Of a stretch of DNA of 40,354 nucleotides, positions 9,343 through 18,422 are shown piece by piece. Below the pieces are notes generated by a model, which was given only the letters and a program-made list of their open reading frames with translations, was not told the origin of the DNA and did not search any database. Positions within the stretch are counted from its first letter, which is position 1. Every line of letters starts with the position of its first letter. The translations under genes and the position numbers were made by a program. The DNA is from a virus (lineage: Duplodnaviria > Caudoviricetes), in IMG/VR virus record IMGVR_UViG_3300000756_000020, positions 1-40,354 of that record. One strand, given 5' to 3'.

Positions 9343-9579
9343 TTATGAGTTGATGTTGCCATGGAACCCTACTTTTTTAAGATCCCTTAGTATATTTTTG
9401 GATGCTCTACGGTCTCCTAATGATTGGGGTCCAAAGAACACTGTCTGTTTTGTTTTAGGATTTACGACCTTTACATGATGTTTACCGTTGGTTATGCTGA
9501 CTTTTAGGCCCGCATCCTCCAAAGCATCCACTAATTTTCGTATTTCCTTAGTTTTTATATTGAGATTTGCAAATTGCAT
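9343..9579 (-). CDS. HicA-like mRNA interferase fold protein
   Basis: KEIRKLVDALEDAGLKV...GKHHVKV...SLGDRRASKNILRDLKKVG; alpha-beta-beta-beta-alpha pattern with G-x-H motif. Confidence 0.65.
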   Translation of the reverse strand: MQFANLNIKTKEIRKLVDALEDAGLKVSITNGKHHVKVVNPKTKQTVFFGPQSLGDRRASKNILRDLKKVGFHGNINS

Positions 9580-9647
9580 TTCACAACATTCTCCTTTCTA
9601 GTGTATGATTAGAGTGTTAGCTCTCATAGAACAGAGTTCACACCCTC

Positions 9648-9680
9648 AAGTCCCCCGGATTGCGCTCCGGGGGACTTTTA
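9648..9680. terminator. GC-rich hairpin, probable terminator
   Basis: AAGTCCCCCGGA-TTGCGC-TCCGGGGGACTT directly after the stop of the 9678-9878 ORF. Confidence 0.65.
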
Positions 9681-9878
9681 TATTTCCTCAATTGATTCGA
9701 TGTACGCGTTCTCTCCAGGCCTATTGAGTTGACCTACGTTAACCCACTGCTGTAGGTTTCTGTCGTACACCACTACATTCCATTCCCTGTTATCTTCATT
9801 AGATTGGTCATCAATACGCCATCTCTTAATGTTTACACGGAATACTACTCGTAGTTCATACATATCTTCATTAGCCAT
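9678..9878 (-). CDS. hypothetical protein
   Basis: 66 aa; AGGAGAGG RBS. Confidence 0.7.
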   Translation of the reverse strand: MANEDMYELRVVFRVNIKRWRIDDQSNEDNREWNVVVYDRNLQQWVNVGQLNRPGENAYIESIEEI

Positions 9879-9923
9879 ACATATACCTCTCCTTTACTAT
9901 TCTAGCCGATTGTTTGTGTTGGG

Positions 9924-10118
9924 TCAAACTTCCTCATCCATATCGTTATAGATTTCCCCAATTTCAGTCCAACCTGCTTCCATATCTTGGCGCCATAGAT
10001 GAGACTCCTCATTCATGATGCTTTCTTCAGCTCGTGCCTCAGCTTCCTGCCGGCTGTCTGCCTCAATCTCATAGTCATAGATTATATGATCATGGATTGT
10101 TACTGTGTATGTTGCCAT
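9924..10118 (-). CDS. small acidic hypothetical protein
   Basis: 64 aa; AGGAG RBS; YEIEADSRQEAE pattern resembles FTAENDLDAE in 8707-8919. Confidence 0.7.
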   Translation of the reverse strand: MATYTVTIHDHIIYDYEIEADSRQEAEARAEESIMNEESHLWRQDMEAGWTEIGEIYNDMDEEV

Positions 10119-10582
10119 GCTTTGTCTCCTTTTTGAATTGGTTGCTGACCTTCCTCACTAAAACACTCTGCAACAATTTTTGGGTGGACAGAGTCTCGCA
10201 TTGGTTTAAATGCGCTTTCCGGCCATCCAGCGTCAATTACTCGTCTGACTAATAAAGCCAATGAGTACTTACTGTCCATGTGTAGTGCGTAATTGAGGCA
10301 TTGGATAGCTTTTTCATGTTCACTTAGTTCATAGTAGAAAATGGCTTGTACTGTAATGAACGGAACTGAGTCTTGCGCCGTTGTATGCACAGACATGTAT
10401 TGCAGGAATTTGATACTTTCTTCTAATGACCACTTGATTGGTAAGCCCATCATCCAATCTCGTACTTGAAGGTCTTCATTGACAGCAAAGATAACTTTTT
10501 CAAGTTCTTCACCTTCCAAGTTGATGTCATTGTTGAGCATACCTGCCATCAACTCAACTGCTTCTTTACGTGATACTATCAT
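10100..10582 (-). CDS. DUF4192-like protein
   Basis: DLQVRD...ALHMDSKYSLALLVRRVIDAGWP resembles the actinobacterial DUF4192 C-terminus; start moved to the ATG after AGGAG. Confidence 0.65.
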   Translation of the reverse strand: MIVSRKEAVELMAGMLNNDINLEGEELEKVIFAVNEDLQVRDWMMGLPIKWSLEESIKFLQYMSVHTTAQDSVPFITVQAIFYYELSEHEKAIQCLNYALHMDSKYSLALLVRRVIDAGWPESAFKPMRDSVHPKIVAECFSEEGQQPIQKGDKAWQHTQ

Positions 10583-11034
10583 TTCTTCTCCTTTTTTATT
10601 ACTACACGAAACAATTTGTCTGGTGTAGGCCATTTGTATGGAAGATCACCACGTACACGAAACCGGTACCAAACCGGATCTTTACGCTTTAGGTTAGAGC
10701 GATGTGATTTATGGATCTCATCATTGCCCCACCACCAGGGTGGATCCCAACCTTGTAGGTCATGCTCCGCATAGATTTCCTGCAGTCGTGCTTGCACGTT
10801 GTCTTCATAGCCACGTTGTCTCCACTCTATGCACATAGCATTTGTATACATATAGAGATAGCCTTCGTGACCACGCCACATTACGGCTGCGGGGTGATTT
10901 CTCCATCCACTAGTTAGACCTAAGTTAGCCCTCAGAATCTGCAATGCTTCTACGCGTTGCTTGCCGAGTCTCTTATTGTCTAAGGATTTAGCTGTACGTG
11001 TTATGTCTGGCCAAGGTAAAAAGGTATTAACCAT
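10579..11034 (-). CDS. pyrimidine-dimer DNA glycosylase / T4 endonuclease V-like (MSMEG_6728 family)
   Basis: NTFLPW...LDNKRLGKQRVEALQIL...GWRNHPAAVMWRG...HKSHRSNLKRKDP. Confidence 0.85.
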   Translation of the reverse strand: MVNTFLPWPDITRTAKSLDNKRLGKQRVEALQILRANLGLTSGWRNHPAAVMWRGHEGYLYMYTNAMCIEWRQRGYEDNVQARLQEIYAEHDLQGWDPPWWWGNDEIHKSHRSNLKRKDPVWYRFRVRGDLPYKWPTPDKLFRVVIKKEKK

Positions 11035-11186
11035 TAGTCCTCCAGTAGCATAGGTATTAGATCTTCAGCTTCGTGTTTAGTTAGCAACGACCTAACTATT
11101 TCTTTATTTGCACTATATCTTTCTTCTTCACGTTGTTTAAGCATTTCGCTCATCCATATGTCAGGACGATCCTCGCGTAAACTCAT
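11034..11186 (-). CDS. hypothetical protein
   Basis: ATGA-coupled start MSLREDRP. Confidence 0.6.
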   Translation of the reverse strand: MSLREDRPDIWMSEMLKQREEERYSANKEIVRSLLTKHEAEDLIPMLLED

Positions 11187-11374
11187 ACTAACGCCGATAG
11201 TACAATACAGTTGTTCTGTGCCCACTCCTGTGCTGTAGAGATAGGCTCAATGGTTAGGTTTGCACCACCATCAGGTATCTCATCAGAGATGTGTAACAAG
11301 AACATTTGAGCAGAGTCGTAATCATTGAAGATTTCGATGTTCTCCTCGTTTAGGCTATCCCATATTGTGTACAT
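11183..11374 (-). CDS. hypothetical protein
   Basis: 63 aa; AAGGAG RBS. Confidence 0.65.
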   Translation of the reverse strand: MYTIWDSLNEENIEIFNDYDSAQMFLLHISDEIPDGGANLTIEPISTAQEWAQNNCIVLSALV

Positions 11375-11398
11375 GTTTGCTCCTTTGTTTGTGTTGGA

Positions 11399-13273
11399 TT
11401 AACGGCCGCCACGCTTTTTGATTGCTCCCATTACTACTGCCTTGGCAAATGGCAATAGGTCTCGTGCATTGTTGATGCGACCAAAGATCTCAGCACCATG
11501 TCTGAATTCTTTCTCGGTCATACCACGATCTTCGTAGTACTGGGCATCATCATTAGCCATGATTAGTGTCATGGCTGTGAGTACGCCACGCTTAGCAATA
11601 CGCTCAATGACCTCATCGTTCTTGGATGCGTCAAACGCACCATCAGTAACTATGAATAGCATTTTGTTTTTGCGTCGTGACGATATGAATAGTTGCTCTG
11701 CAGCAAGTAAAGTGGTATATGGATTAGTACCACCATTGCCGTAGATGAACTTGTATTTTGTACGGTGAGCTAGCTCGGTACGCTTGTACGCAACCTCAGC
11801 CTTATCATCAAAGGCATAGACTGTGACTGGCGCACCAATTTGCTCAAGTGCACGCTTGATTGTCCAACACGCTTCAGATGCTCTGCGGTCATTCTGACCA
11901 CTAGCCATACTGCCAGAACGGTCAATCATGATTACCGCTTCTACATCGGCACCATCATTGCCTTCATCCCAGCGATCAAAGGCTTCGTCAATCTCACAGC
12001 CTCTGAACACACGTTGCATATTTAGACGGCCACTAGCTTCTTCACGATGCCATGCGGGTTCGCATTCATCACGAAGACGCTCAAGTTCACGGGCAAACTT
12101 ACGATATAACAACACTGATTCATTAGGAACAGATGTCATATCGAACTTACCTGACTTGATTGTGTCGTCATGCTTACCATCACCACCGACAATTACTTTC
12201 TGCTTCGTCTTAACATCCTGCTGAACGTCTTTACGTTCTAGCACTGTCTGGATGGTATCCTCAAGCATTTCCTTGACGTTGTCTGGTATACCGCCAACAC
12301 TTTCGTGATGACCTGAGCCTGCTGATAAGTTACCAGGTTGTTTTTGTTCCTGGTTTCTAGCACGCATGTCAAGTGCTTCACTAGATGTTTGCGGTGCACT
12401 TACCGCAGCCGTGCTTTGTCCTTCGGTTGGGTTTGTGTTGGACTTAAGGTTTGGCTTACGACCACCACCTATTGGTTCAGCGGTACCCATGTTGCAACCT
12501 TTAGCTGCGTCCTTCTCCTGTGCTCTACCAGGTTCGGGACGACCTTTAGTAATGGGGTCACGTGACGTACAGCCATTGATACCTTGCGGTAGTTGTGGCA
12601 TGTCAAGATTACTTAAGACCTCATCATTGAATCGCTTGATGAGTTTCTGTGCCTTCTCATAGTCACGTGGGAATGCCAGCGTACGATACTGATCTACAAT
12701 ATCTACGATGGCTGGTAGTAAATCAGGGAAAGCAAACAAATCTCTGAATGATTGTCTGATTTCCAATGGAAGATACCTACGGCCACGCACCAGCATATAG
12801 TTACCTATAGCATGCTCGGGTGTGTTGCCTAGCCACCTAGCAACTGTGGCTGTTAGATACGGAATGATACTTGGATAGCGTGCTGTAAGTAGAGTCTCGA
12901 TACGCTGATCCTCTAGTATATTTGCAGCCTCTAAGTATTGATTCTCCATAACCCACTTCATGAATGTTGTTCCACGACGTGGTGTATAGAGATGGTGAGC
13001 CAACTCGTGATAGTTCAGGCCGTTGATCTGTGTCAATGCTTCCAAGTCAAGGTCATTGATCTCGTCTGCATTGAATGTAATAGATGCTCCATCGGACCAC
13101 GCTGGTGCGCTTCCTCCGGCAACAACATTCACAATCACAGGGTCACCACTTAGAACACGGTCTGCTTGCTCGTACACACGGCACAGAGCATTCAGCCTAA
13201 CAGAACGTAATTGAGATTCCTCATCACGTTCTTGTTGGTACCACGGTTCGGATGATAAATCATCGTTATACAT
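11399..13273 (-). CDS. VWA-domain protein with N-terminal HExxH metallopeptidase-like domain (CobT-like MoxR partner)
   Basis: HELAH and NILEDQRIE; flexible linker; MIDAS motif IDRSGSM, GGT, VTDG. Confidence 0.85.
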   Translation of the reverse strand: MYNDDLSSEPWYQQERDEESQLRSVRLNALCRVYEQADRVLSGDPVIVNVVAGGSAPAWSDGASITFNADEINDLDLEALTQINGLNYHELAHHLYTPRRGTTFMKWVMENQYLEAANILEDQRIETLLTARYPSIIPYLTATVARWLGNTPEHAIGNYMLVRGRRYLPLEIRQSFRDLFAFPDLLPAIVDIVDQYRTLAFPRDYEKAQKLIKRFNDEVLSNLDMPQLPQGINGCTSRDPITKGRPEPGRAQEKDAAKGCNMGTAEPIGGGRKPNLKSNTNPTEGQSTAAVSAPQTSSEALDMRARNQEQKQPGNLSAGSGHHESVGGIPDNVKEMLEDTIQTVLERKDVQQDVKTKQKVIVGGDGKHDDTIKSGKFDMTSVPNESVLLYRKFARELERLRDECEPAWHREEASGRLNMQRVFRGCEIDEAFDRWDEGNDGADVEAVIMIDRSGSMASGQNDRRASEACWTIKRALEQIGAPVTVYAFDDKAEVAYKRTELAHRTKYKFIYGNGGTNPYTTLLAAEQLFISSRRKNKMLFIVTDGAFDASKNDEVIERIAKRGVLTAMTLIMANDDAQYYEDRGMTEKEFRHGAEIFGRINNARDLLPFAKAVVMGAIKKRGGR

Positions 13274-13285
13274 ATGGTTCCTAAC

Positions 13286-14692
13286 TTAGTTCGGTTGTAG
13301 TTGACGTGCTGCTACCCATTGGGATAGTTGTTCATCAATAGTTACTGTAGCAGCTTGTTCCATTGTTATTGGAACTTCGATGCCGAAGTCTGTCTTGATG
13401 TTGTGTTCGTGTGTCTGGAAGACTAGACGAACAGATGCTTGCTCCTCCGCACTGAAGTGAGCAATGAAGTTCTCAACCGCAAACTCGTAGCCAAGATCAG
13501 CATCCTTAATGAACGCTTCAACTTCGATGAGCATGTTAGTTGAGATTGGTGTCTCGTACTGACCCTTAGCAGCTTCAGCACGAAGTTGCTTAGTTACTAG
13601 CAAGAGAGCCTTAGATGAAACCAGCTTAGCCTCTACTGCGTCATCGTAATCCCACGACAATTGAATGTCAAAGCGATTGCGCATAGCAAAGTTAAGCGGT
13701 GTTGTACCGATGTAGTCTGGGTTCATGGTTGCAAAGATTGTTAAGTCTTTGTGTGCCACGATTGTTTCACCCATGTGATCGAGCAATGTAATGCATCGAC
13801 GACCATCTGTTAGCGGATACAATGTAGTGTAAATCTTAGGGCTGATGAAGTTCATCTCATCGAGCAATAAGACGCCACCGTTACGTACAACGTCAGTTAC
13901 TGGACCATCGATCCAACCGTAACCTCCGATGCCATCAGGAATGAAACCACCGAATAGCTGGCGAGATTCCATAGATGCGTTACCTGATACTGTAGCCATA
14001 CGTAGACCGCGAGATGCTGCCCACGCTTCTACAGCTGTAGTCTTACCTGGACCTGTAGGGCCATAGATAAGAACGTTGATATTGTTAGATCGTGCTTTGT
14101 CGAAGGCTTTGAAGTCTTCAACACCGTATACTTTACGGTGCACATAACGTTCCGCCAACTTCATTGGGGGAACTGTTGCTAACGATACATTGAATGATGG
14201 TGCCGATTGTGCTGGTACTAGATCATCCATTGTTTGTGTTGGTACAGCAACTACTAAAGGAACTGTAGTGCCTGTACTTGAACGGTTATCCGTCACGTAT
14301 TTCTCCAGACTGTCGTCTCCGACATTGACTTGTTCGTAGAAATCACAAATGATATCTACAACTGGTGTGGTATCTGTTGTTGTCATTGCCCTACCATGCT
14401 TGTCGCATGCTTTGGTACCCAACACTGGTGAATAACCTTTTGAATCCATCGCACGATTATCTGCTGGAGTTACATACACTCCAACAGGTGTTCGTGTCAA
14501 TGTTTCTTTGTCCGATATCTCTTGTGAGATATCTTCTAGGTTAGTCTCTTCCCACTTGCTGTTGTGGCCTTTAGTGCCATCAGTCAAGCGAGAATAGATA
14601 CGCACAGCCCCATCATGTGGGACAACAAGGACTTGACGTCGCTTGTTACCCATGTTTGGTTCGTACGATTCAGTGAACATTGCGATATCCAT
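13286..14692 (-). CDS. MoxR/CbbQ/CobS-like AAA+ ATPase
   Basis: GPTGPGKT Walker A, LLLDEMN Walker B, ATMNPDYIGT sensor 1, AMRNRF arginine finger. Confidence 0.9.
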   Translation of the reverse strand: MDIAMFTESYEPNMGNKRRQVLVVPHDGAVRIYSRLTDGTKGHNSKWEETNLEDISQEISDKETLTRTPVGVYVTPADNRAMDSKGYSPVLGTKACDKHGRAMTTTDTTPVVDIICDFYEQVNVGDDSLEKYVTDNRSSTGTTVPLVVAVPTQTMDDLVPAQSAPSFNVSLATVPPMKLAERYVHRKVYGVEDFKAFDKARSNNINVLIYGPTGPGKTTAVEAWAASRGLRMATVSGNASMESRQLFGGFIPDGIGGYGWIDGPVTDVVRNGGVLLLDEMNFISPKIYTTLYPLTDGRRCITLLDHMGETIVAHKDLTIFATMNPDYIGTTPLNFAMRNRFDIQLSWDYDDAVEAKLVSSKALLLVTKQLRAEAAKGQYETPISTNMLIEVEAFIKDADLGYEFAVENFIAHFSAEEQASVRLVFQTHEHNIKTDFGIEVPITMEQAATVTIDEQLSQWVAARQLQPN

Positions 14693-14747
14693 ATATCATA
14701 CCCCTTCTCTGGTATTGGTATCGTTCCCTTACGTTGTGTAAGGAAAA

Positions 14748-14987
14748 TTAATCGTCACCCAGAAGCTTATCTTCCATGATGGTGGCGAAAGTAAACATGG
14801 CCTGCTTATGTTCAGGCCATTCTGTTATTAGATTAAACAGGATGTCATGCTGTACTGCTTTTTCTATAACTTTATGAAACTTCTCAACAGCATAGTCTAA
14901 GAACTCTTCACGTTCCTCTTCAGGAATCATGTTGATACTAAACTCTTCGTCTGGCATTGAGTCGTCATCATCACATTCATAACACAT
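14748..14987 (-). CDS. acidic hypothetical protein
   Basis: 79 aa; GGAG RBS. Confidence 0.7.
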   Translation of the reverse strand: MCYECDDDDSMPDEEFSINMIPEEEREEFLDYAVEKFHKVIEKAVQHDILFNLITEWPEHKQAMFTFATIMEDKLLGDD

Positions 14988-15233
14988 GTGCTCTCCAATC
15001 TATTTAAGTAGTCTGGTTGGCTTACCCCCGTTGCGCACAGGGACTGGATGTCTCCGCACCTTGTCTTCTCATCTCCCATACAGTTAGTTACTTCGTACTA
15101 CTAATGCGTGAGCGTATAAATTATTCGGGTCTAGGGTCTATCAAGTATGCTTGAGGTTGGCTTAGCCAACCAGACTAGGGGAATAACTTATCAGTGGAAT
15201 TTGGTTTTCTGACGCGTAGGTCATCCCGCCCGA

Positions 15234-15554
15234 TTACTGATCTAAGTTAGTCCAGTGTGTAGGCTCTGGAGTGTAAACGTCACTTAATACGTTTTGCATC
15301 CAGGGCTTATAACGATGCGACAGTCGAACCTTACCACTTGGCCGTGTAGATTCATAACAACCTACATAGCTTTCGTGGTAATGTTCATAGCTTTTGTATC
15401 GTGTGTTGTACACATCCAAGCTTTTTTGACTTGGTTGTATACGGCGACCACAGTTACCGCAACTGAGCAAGTCAGCAACGGTTTCTTTTTCGGTAGTGAT
15501 ACTGGTTAACCATGCTTCAGTATCAGGCCCTTCGTTTGTCCAACTTTTTGACAT
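15234..15554 (-). CDS. hypothetical protein (CxxC)
   Basis: 106 aa; AAGGA RBS. Confidence 0.7.
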   Translation of the reverse strand: MSKSWTNEGPDTEAWLTSITTEKETVADLLSCGNCGRRIQPSQKSLDVYNTRYKSYEHYHESYVGCYESTRPSGKVRLSHRYKPWMQNVLSDVYTPEPTHWTNLDQ

Positions 15555-15576
15555 GTGGTTCCTTTGTTTGTGTTGG

Positions 15577-16092
15577 TTAGACTGTTGGATATAGTTGTGG
15601 GGACTCTAGCATTTCCCACCTGTGTGGTGCTGATGATGTTGTGTTATGTAGCAAGGTATTAAAACCCTCGTGGTCCATCTGCTTATCTAAAGCGGTAGCC
15701 ACGGTGGATAAAAATCTACCCGCCTTTTCTGGTTTGTTGCGTAAGACCGCACGTTTTGCAACTTCGGTCTCTCCCCATGCGTATGAAAGCGCAGCTAAGT
15801 ATTCACTATAAATACGTAGCATTGTTTCATTGTCATCGGGACAGGTTGACACAGCAGCAGCAAGCAATTCAATTGCTTGCTGTTGTTGTGGTTGATTGAT
15901 TCTTCCATCGGTGAGCATGTGATGAATCACAGCATCACGAAAAGTCTCTGACTTTTCAGTTATCTCGATGAGTGTGGTGGGCATCAAACCCCCCGCTAAC
16001 ATGTCGCCTGTAATCTTATGGTCTGGTAAACCATGAGTCATATGATTACGGAGCGAGATGTTTGGATCATACTGTAGGTGTAGGTCCAGCAT
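15577..16092 (-). CDS. divergent DUF4192-like helical protein
   Basis: TFRDAVI...YLAALSYAWGETEVAKRAV resembles the RD...LLAxxAWxxG pattern. Confidence 0.5.
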   Translation of the reverse strand: MLDLHLQYDPNISLRNHMTHGLPDHKITGDMLAGGLMPTTLIEITEKSETFRDAVIHHMLTDGRINQPQQQQAIELLAAAVSTCPDDNETMLRIYSEYLAALSYAWGETEVAKRAVLRNKPEKAGRFLSTVATALDKQMDHEGFNTLLHNTTSSAPHRWEMLESPQLYPTV

Positions 16093-16804
16093 AGCTAGCC
16101 ACGATCCTTTCTAGATCAGTTAGTGGTTGTTTGTATATCTTTCTATCCTTTACTCTGATTGGGGAACCGTCCCAAAGTAAAGAAACTCGTTTGCTACCAT
16201 AGTCACGCTTGCCTGTGCCACTACATGAGTAGCATTCGTATCCGCGTGGTACTTTGTGGCTTAACAACTCGTTATGTTCACACAACATGGCGTGTCTACT
16301 TCGTTGTTTCTCCACATCTGATAGTGCTGTATCAGGATGCTTAGGGCATATGCCTGTATTTGTATTTACATCCCAACAAGTATTGCCATTACACCACCCA
16401 TCAACACGTCCAATTTGTTTACACGTACGACAACCTTGTATTTTTGGTGGAGTCAATGCAGCGTCTTGTTCAAATAATCTAAACTTGAACTGGCGTTGAA
16501 CAACTTCTATACCGCAGTATTTCCACAAGGTGTAGCGTGTGCTTTGTGCTTTTAATGGATTGTATGGGTGACCCCACATTGAGGTTGCCTGCTCACCATT
16601 TAAGGTCATGGTGTCATCAGGATGAATAGTAATAAGTGGAAAACGATTTAACCAAGGTATTACTATTTGAATATCACCGCCACGTTTGAATTTATTGGCG
16701 TGTTGTATACGTAACTCACGGTCATACAATGTGCGTTCGTATTTTTTGCGTCCACTGGCTAAATAGGCTTCCCATTCAGCGTATGTGAACATACGGTTTG
16801 TCAT
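16067..16804 (-). CDS. hypothetical protein with DnaJ-type CxxCxxxG zinc-finger motifs
   Basis: CRTCKQIG and CYSCSGTG with further Cys/His between them. Confidence 0.7.
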   Translation of the reverse strand: MTNRMFTYAEWEAYLASGRKKYERTLYDRELRIQHANKFKRGGDIQIVIPWLNRFPLITIHPDDTMTLNGEQATSMWGHPYNPLKAQSTRYTLWKYCGIEVVQRQFKFRLFEQDAALTPPKIQGCRTCKQIGRVDGWCNGNTCWDVNTNTGICPKHPDTALSDVEKQRSRHAMLCEHNELLSHKVPRGYECYSCSGTGKRDYGSKRVSLLWDGSPIRVKDRKIYKQPLTDLERIVASYAGPTPTV

Positions 16805-17115
16805 TCTGCCTCCGATGTTTCAAATAAGCCTGCGTAACAGATTACAGGCTCTGGGTCCTCCATGTCAACAAATTGAAGCTCGATGACACGTTCGCGGTCC
16901 CGTTCGAGTGTTTGTGTTGGCTCATCATCTGTATACCATACGGATGTGAGTGATATCACAGAGGATGTTGGCTTTAACATCTTAAGCGCAAAGCCTAAGC
17001 CATCCATCATCCCACTGTAATAGGCGCGGGCATTTTGTTGTTCAATGCCGTGTAGTTCAGCGTGTTCTTCTAGTATTTGCTGCTCAATGGCAGCAATAAC
17101 TTTCTTCTTACGCAT
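16801..17115 (-). CDS. hypothetical protein
   Basis: 104 aa; overlaps neighbours as in an operon. Confidence 0.7.
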   Translation of the reverse strand: MRKKKVIAAIEQQILEEHAELHGIEQQNARAYYSGMMDGLGFALKMLKPTSSVISLTSVWYTDDEPTQTLERDRERVIELQFVDMEDPEPVICYAGLFETSEAE

Positions 17116-17383
17116 TTAATAGTTCCTGTAACTTCTCAGGATCAAATGCTGGTGCGATGTTTGATGGTTGGTACACTTTGCCAGTCTTCCAATGTGGAAT
17201 TGACTTGTGATTCCAACGACCACCTGCTTTCTTCCAAGCCTCACGCTTGGCATCATTGGCAGGGCTTCGTCCATTAATATGTTCGAAGTTAGTCTTTGGT
17301 GGTTGAGCAGGGCCTGGATTCTTCTTGGCGGCCTTGCCATTTGGTCGGTTATCATTACGATTACCTTTTGATTTTGTAGCCAT
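17108..17383 (-). CDS. basic hypothetical protein
   Basis: 91 aa; Lys/Asn/Pro-rich. Confidence 0.7.
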   Translation of the reverse strand: MATKSKGNRNDNRPNGKAAKKNPGPAQPPKTNFEHINGRSPANDAKREAWKKAGGRWNHKSIPHWKTGKVYQPSNIAPAFDPEKLQELLNA

Positions 17384-17626
17384 TTACTTGTCCATCCTTT
17401 CGGCTTGGTTTGTTTGTGTTGAGACGCTGTCATACAGCGTATCGATGCCATCATCCCATAGCATCAATGCTTCTTTGCGGGTGCAGCCATGAAATAGCAC
17501 TGCTTCTATTAAGAATAGTAGTTTACTTGTCGTGTTGTCAAACGTTGGGGAAGGTACTTCTTGTTCTTGCCATACATACTGAACTCCGTCTGGAGTCTGT
17601 ACATATTTACCTACTAGCTCTGTCAT
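17384..17626 (-). CDS. hypothetical protein
   Basis: 80 aa; abuts the next gene. Confidence 0.65.
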   Translation of the reverse strand: MTELVGKYVQTPDGVQYVWQEQEVPSPTFDNTTSKLLFLIEAVLFHGCTRKEALMLWDDGIDTLYDSVSTQTNQAERMDK

Positions 17627-17740
17627 TAGTTACCCCTATCTGCATGATATTCATCACACGTTTTGTCAGTGCAAGTGCACGGACACTCACAAGAAAAGGC
17701 ATTGCGATGACACACTTCGCAAGGCTCTATATCAAACACG

Positions 17741-18028
17741 CTAGTCATTATCGTCAAAGATCATACGATAACTTGTGCCCCATCTACGATAGGGTGCGTC
17801 TATTAAGTTGTACAACTTCCACCACATGCGACCTACTCTGGATATTTCTCCATAGTAGTATTCATCGGAGTCTTCATGCCATAGTGCTCTGTATAGAACA
17901 GGCGAAGACATGTGGTTACATGCGTTAGCAAACCAACGTAATGGAAGTATGTTGGTCTTGTGTTCAGGTACAGTTTTAAACTGGCTTAGGTCATCATCTT
18001 TGCCTAAGTCTGATGGTTCTAGTTCCAT
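17741..18028 (-). CDS. hypothetical protein
   Basis: 95 aa; GAAAGGA RBS. Confidence 0.7.
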   Translation of the reverse strand: MELEPSDLGKDDDLSQFKTVPEHKTNILPLRWFANACNHMSSPVLYRALWHEDSDEYYYGEISRVGRMWWKLYNLIDAPYRRWGTSYRMIFDDND

Positions 18029-18330
18029 TGCTATCCTTTCTGTAGTGGGCGATGTTTATGTTGGAACACTGTCATAGACAGTAAAAGACACACAGGCAAC
18101 GAGGCGGTGTTAGTTGAATTATCAGTAACCCACTCAACTTTATTTACCATTAGCACCTAACATGGCAACTTAATAATGGGGGACATTACATCCCCCAATC
18201 GCTCTACGCGGCGTGCACTATGCTAACAGGAACAAGTACTCAGATATACATACCTCTCGTTAGTTCAGTATGTGATCCTTGTATCAACTGGGGTATTGCG
18301 AGCTACCTATGTGCCTTTTGCTATCTATGA

Positions 18331-18363
18331 TGAGCAGTTTAGCCTTGTCATGCTCAGGACAGG
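18331..18363 (-). ncRNA. putative H-type pseudoknot motif, copy A
   Basis: RNA CCUGUC-CUGAGCAU-GACAAGG-CUAAAC-UGCUCA. Confidence 0.6.
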
Positions 18364-18422
18364 AGTTCTTTTACCTCAGGAAGAACTATAGAAACCAACC
18401 GCGCTAGGCGTTATTAAGTTGT

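Noticed and set aside
18326-18345. Hammerhead ribozyme core (TGATGAG)
   Set aside because: Reads ATGATGAG rather than CTGATGAG, with no stem II plus GAAA; better explained by the minus-strand pseudoknot and stem.
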